64,000 bases of DNA from contig BTWA01000007.1 in assembly GCA_045863295.1 (NCBI GenBank), positions 104,469 through 168,468 of the forward strand, read 5' to 3'. The notes under the pieces were generated by a model. It searched no databases and had not been told where the DNA came from. It saw only the letters and a list, made by a program, of their open reading frames with translations. The position numbers were made by a program, and so were the translations under genes. This document shows, in pieces, positions 59,998 to 64,000 of this stretch (within the stretch, counting starts at the first letter, position 1; every line of letters starts with the position of its first letter). Source of the DNA: Candidatus Hydrogenedentota bacterium (GTDB lineage: Bacteria; Hydrogenedentota; Hydrogenedentia; Hydrogenedentales; SLHB01).

Positions 59998-61074
59998 TCA
60001 ACTTCGCTCCTTGTAATGGGGTTCGCGAAAGCCTATTCGAAATGTAGTGCCCTCTTGAACGACCACGTCCATAGTGCCTTCCAGTTGCTGTGTCAGGTCG
60101 GCCACCAGCTTTAATCCAAGCGAATTGCTATCGCGCCAATTTAATTCTGGCGGCAAGCCCCGGCCGTTGTCACGGACGGTCAGTTCATACTGCTGATCGC
60201 CTTTGCGCTCCAGTGATATCCACATGCGGCCCGAGGTGCCTTCCGGGAATGCATGCTTAATTACATTTGCCACCAATTCATTAATGACCAGACCACAGGG
60301 AATCGCGGTGTCAATATCGAGCGAAGCATCGACTATGGTCAACTCCACGGACAGCTTGCCTTGCTGGATCGCATAGGTCCGCAACAAATCGGCCACCAGG
60401 TCCCGAACATACTCCGAGAAATCGATCCGCGTAAATTCGGGCGAGCGGTAGAATTTCTCATGGATTAACGCAATCGACTTTACACGGTTCTGGCTTTCCT
60501 GGAGTAGTTCGGCCACGTCAGGGTCTGTCAAGTACGTGGATTGCAGGAACAACAGAGACGATATCACCTGCAGATTGTTCTTCACTCGATGATGAACTTC
60601 TTTAAGATACATTTCACGGGCTTGAAGGGCTTGGGCTTCCACACGTTTGCGCTCGGTCGCATCACGTATTACGCCCAGTACGAGACCGCCGGTGGTGAGG
60701 TTTAGTGGGCTAAGCATAATGTCGACAGGGAATTCAGTGCCGTCTTTGCGGCGGCCAAACAATTCCAGCCCCGCACCCATCGGGCGCGTCTTGGGCGCTG
60801 AGATATACCCGGAGCGTACGCCCACATGCTTGCTGGCAAGGCGAGTGGGGACGAGCACTTCCACCAATTGGCCGACCAACTCATCATTGCCATAGCCAAA
60901 CATTTTTCCGGATTGCGCATTGGACAAGACGATTCTTCCGGAGTGGTCCACAAGCAGGATCGCATCCGGTGCAGATTCGAAGATGCTGAGCAGGATTTCC
61001 GGGTTTTGCACCAAGGTCCCAGGTGATTCGATGTCCATTTCAGAGCGAATATTGCGTGTGTGGTCAAGAGTCAC
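59998..61074 (-). CDS. PAS + HisKA_2 histidine kinase (start may be 61038)
   Basis: PAS (RPMGAGLELFGRRKDGTEFPV); EVHHRVKNNLQVISSLL; NELVANVIKHAF; DNGRG; SLGL. Confidence 0.93.
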   Translation of the reverse strand: MTLDHTRNIRSEMDIESPGTLVQNPEILLSIFESAPDAILLVDHSGRIVLSNAQSGKMFGYGNDELVGQLVEVLVPTRLASKHVGVRSGYISAPKTRPMGAGLELFGRRKDGTEFPVDIMLSPLNLTTGGLVLGVIRDATERKRVEAQALQAREMYLKEVHHRVKNNLQVISSLLFLQSTYLTDPDVAELLQESQNRVKSIALIHEKFYRSPEFTRIDFSEYVRDLVADLLRTYAIQQGKLSVELTIVDASLDIDTAIPCGLVINELVANVIKHAFPEGTSGRMWISLERKGDQQYELTVRDNGRGLPPELNWRDSNSLGLKLVADLTQQLEGTMDVVVQEGTTFRIGFREPHYKERS

Positions 61075-61359
61075 ATTTACCGCTCCCTCGCCGAAATGTG
61101 AAATCTTTGAGTCCAGCCTTGCTCATCCATTATAGCGTGAAACCGTACACGATTGTTCGGGTTTCTTCGATGGGCCGGGGTGTGTGGAAGTAATTGACAG
61201 GCAGGCAATTAACGCTAGTATATAGATGTAATGACCGCTATATGCTGGCCTGGGCGCCTTTCGCAGTACGCCAGAAATGCCCCGGTTTACTTGCAGCTAC
61301 ATTGCTCATGGAATCGAAATGGGGCGACCCGAAAATTCGGAAGAGCTCAGGGTTCTAAC

Positions 61360-63999
61360 TTAGAGCGAAAGCTCAACGATTCCAAAAAAACCCAATGGTG
61401 CGTATGCGGCAGAGCCGCCGAATCGAATTCGATACGGTGAGCCCATGACTTCGATCAGTTCCTTAAGGGCCGGCTTACCTGCACAATCGTACCGGGCGAC
61501 CGCACCTCCACCAATATTCACATAGGCACTGTTTCCGTTGGCATCGATCAGATTCCCCCATTCCGGGGTGATCAACGTGCCTTCGCCCAGTTGAATGCTT
61601 CCGTTTGCCGCCACATTTGCCGCGTGGATTCGCACTCCATTCATATACGATTCGATAAAGACTTTCGATCCTCGCCCGACCACGCGAGCTGTTCCGGTTG
61701 GAAGGAACACGCTGGCAATTTCCGTCACACCGGTACCGCCCGTCCATGCGACTGTTCGAAGCAGGCTGCGATATGACTCATCGTTCTGCCATTCATCGTC
61801 TCGAAGCGTGAGCAGACCATTGGGTGCATCGTAGCGGACGAATGTCCCAGGAACGTTTACCGTAGGTCCAGCTTGACCCGTTGACGGGTCAAATTCCGTC
61901 ACAAAGTAGGCGCACAATGGCGGCGCATAGATCAGGGGAGACGACGGAAGCACGTACTCCTTTGAAGAAATGTACAACTTGTTGGCGTTCTGATCGATGG
62001 AAACCACAGCAGGCACTCCCAAACCGACAGTACCTGTCCAAACGAGTGTATCGAGGTTAACAAGAGCAAGTCCCTCTGCCGGAGGTGCGTTGCCAATCAC
62101 GCTGTTGTATTGTCCCGCTGAGCACCGTAACACCAGCGAATTCCCAGTTACAAATGTGGAGGGCTGCATATGGCTAGGCCACCAAGGTCCGTAAATGGCG
62201 TCGGAAGCGATGCTACTGCTTACGTCAGCGCCGGATCCCTGGGCAGCAGCCGCCATGTCATATGGCAAAATCCACCAATACCCGTAGTGCGGCCAAACAT
62301 TTACATTCACTGGCCCGGAAACAACCGGATGCGAGGGGTCGGTAAAGTTTACCTTTGCGACTTTGTAACCCGCATCGTCATTCCAGGAAGTGCCTACAAG
62401 GACGACGTTGTCGCCATAGACGTGGCTGCCGAACAGTTCGCCGATTGCGATCTGTACGGATCCGACTGCTGCTTTTAATGGAAGGCCGGTAGCCCGTGCT
62501 ATCGTCTTGCCGGTGTCGAATTGGGTAATCAACTCAACACCCAGCGAGTTGGATAGCTCCAGAAAGTCCGTCACATTCTCCGCGAGCACAAGGGAATTCG
62601 CAACCGTTGGATTGTCCAAGTCGGTGCCATCCACTGTAGCGAGTTGCTCGGTGGTCAGACCGAAGAGCTCGCTATTCCATTCAAAGGATCGCAATACGCT
62701 GCCCTGTAGGTCGATAGTACCGCGCAAAGCCAAGTCGGTGGGGGCCCATGAGATAAATTGAAGGCGATCAAACCCGCCGCCGATCTCCTCCCATCCTGAA
62801 AACGGCACAATAAGGAGATCATCCAGGACGGTGAAGGCTTTTACATCGTCGTATGCGCTCGACCACGACCAGTTTTGACCAAAGCTGACTTTATCCGCCA
62901 GAGTAGGATTGCTCGGGTCCGAAATATCAAATAAGCTCACACTTACGCGCCGTCCATTGGTATCGTCTACGCCTAGAGCAATCAATTTATCTCCGCGCGG
63001 CTCGATGTGCGTGGACCATCCCGGAACTTCCAGTTCACCTGCGACAGCGGGATTCGAGGGATCAGAAAGATCGACTACAAAGAGAGGATCGACCACAAAG
63101 TAGGTGACAACATAGGCGAGCGGCCCATCAAACCGTGTTGCGAACAGGGAATCTCCGCGCGCCCGTTCGAACTCAAGTTCCGCCAGCACCGTTAAATTGT
63201 CGGGATCAGCCAAATCGACCGTGGTCACATAGACGCGCCGCTGTTCGCTCCAAGCATTTGAAACCACCCGCAGCACACCCATGTATTCGTCCATCTTGAA
63301 CTTATCGGCAACGTATCCGGCAACAGTAACTGCCCCGCGCACCGTCATGGCCCCATTGGGTTTGGATATGTCCACATAGGCTATCGAGGTCGTATCCGAT
63401 TGCCAGTTGTGCTGCGCGACGTATATAGCGGTAGGTGAGGCCTGAACGACATCGCCGATTCCTGCCAGTCCAACTTCATCGGCTTCGAATATATTGCTCT
63501 CGTTCGCTACATTGATGCTAGTAACGCGCGAAGCCGAAGTTTTGGTTTTTACGGCCTGCCCTTCAGCCCAATACCATTCGTAATCCGCTGTGACGGCATA
63601 GATCACGCTTCCAACCATGCGGCTGTCCGACAGGTCTCCTTCAAAATCAAAGGAGGAGACGATTGACATGTTTTCCGGATCCGCAATATTGACAACATAC
63701 AGGCGCGAAGCAATGTCGTATTCGACCGTATCACCATTTACGGTATACTTCGACGCATAAGAAACGAGAACGAAAGCCCGATTGCCATTGATATACAGGT
63801 CGCGTGGGTATCCGAATGTGGGCGTCTGGTCCAGAATGCGTTTGTCCGTCAAATCAACGGTTGTTAATCCCCTGTGCTGGTTCAAAACATAGAGGATGTC
63901 ATCCTCTTGACGGATGACATCTGGCTCCACAACTTCACGGATACTCTCTGGAGGCCCCCCCGCGTCGTTGGTCGCTTCCGCACCGCCGCCCGCAAGATA
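61360..63999 (-). CDS. Secreted beta-propeller-domain protein (WD40-like, beta_propel family); 5' end lies beyond the window
   Basis: EPDVI; DKFKMDEY.GVLRV; ATRFDG..AYVVTY..VDPLFVVDL; GELEVPGWS; KAF. The frame stays open to the window edge. Confidence 0.88.
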   Translation of the reverse strand, partial: YLAGGGAEATNDAGGPPESIREVVEPDVIRQEDDILYVLNQHRGLTTVDLTDKRILDQTPTFGYPRDLYINGNRAFVLVSYASKYTVNGDTVEYDIASRLYVVNIADPENMSIVSSFDFEGDLSDSRMVGSVIYAVTADYEWYWAEGQAVKTKTSASRVTSINVANESNIFEADEVGLAGIGDVVQASPTAIYVAQHNWQSDTTSIAYVDISKPNGAMTVRGAVTVAGYVADKFKMDEYMGVLRVVSNAWSEQRRVYVTTVDLADPDNLTVLAELEFERARGDSLFATRFDGPLAYVVTYFVVDPLFVVDLSDPSNPAVAGELEVPGWSTHIEPRGDKLIALGVDDTNGRRVSVSLFDISDPSNPTLADKVSFGQNWSWSSAYDDVKAFTVLDDLLIVPFSGWEEIGGGFDRLQFISWAPTDLALRGTIDLQGSVLRSFEWNSELFGLTTEQLATVDGTDLDNPTVANSLVLAENVTDFLELSNSLGVELITQFDTGKTIARATGLPLKAAVGSVQIAIGELFGSHVYGDNVVLVGTSWNDDAGYKVAKVNFTDPSHPVVSGPVNVNVWPHYGYWWILPYDMAAAAQGSGADVSSSIASDAIYGPWWPSHMQPSTFVTGNSLVLRCSAGQYNSVIGNAPPAEGLALVNLDTLVWTGTVGLGVPAVVSIDQNANKLYISSKEYVLPSSPLIYAPPLCAYFVTEFDPSTGQAGPTVNVPGTFVRYDAPNGLLTLRDDEWQNDESYRSLLRTVAWTGGTGVTEIASVFLPTGTARVVGRGSKVFIESYMNGVRIHAANVAANGSIQLGEGTLITPEWGNLIDANGNSAYVNIGGGAVARYDCAGKPALKELIEVMGSPYRIRFGGSAAYAPLGFFGIVELSL

Positions 64000-64000
64000 A

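Noticed and set aside
1..64000. CRISPR arrays, tRNA/rRNA genes, IS elements, prophage
   Set aside because: I saw no spaced direct repeats, cloverleaf or rRNA signatures, or transposase, integrase or phage motifs. A divergent ncRNA could be missed by eye.

Overview
A gene-dense, GC-rich bacterial window with about 42 complete CDS and two edge-truncated ones. I recognised no rRNA, tRNA, CRISPR array, integrase or transposase. The content resembles Planctomycetota, Verrucomicrobiota or Candidatus Hydrogenedentes (inference from gene content). It includes two DUF1549/DUF1553 cytochrome-c + DUF1501 modules, many secreted glycoside-hydrolase-like and beta-propeller proteins, a Tat Gfo/Idh/MocA oxidoreductase with a HEAT-repeat protein, a DUF1080 protein and a sulfatase. 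It also holds a TetR-RND efflux operon with a visible operator and promoter, a two-subunit molybdoenzyme, rsgA, a small-protein + nucleotidyltransferase pair, and two signalling modules. The best candidate for an undescribed system is at 12.6-16.3 kb: a membrane-anchored CPC-motif thioredoxin-like protein (RedB-like), a hybrid kinase with a His-rich membrane domain, and a REC-HD-GYP c-di-GMP phosphodiesterase. Other leads are a split, non-catalytic FGE/sialidase/MORN fusion, a GH10-like/YVTN fusion, a FixL-like PAS kinase feeding a second kinase, and several non-coding motifs. All family assignments come from recognising motifs by eye; no searches were run.
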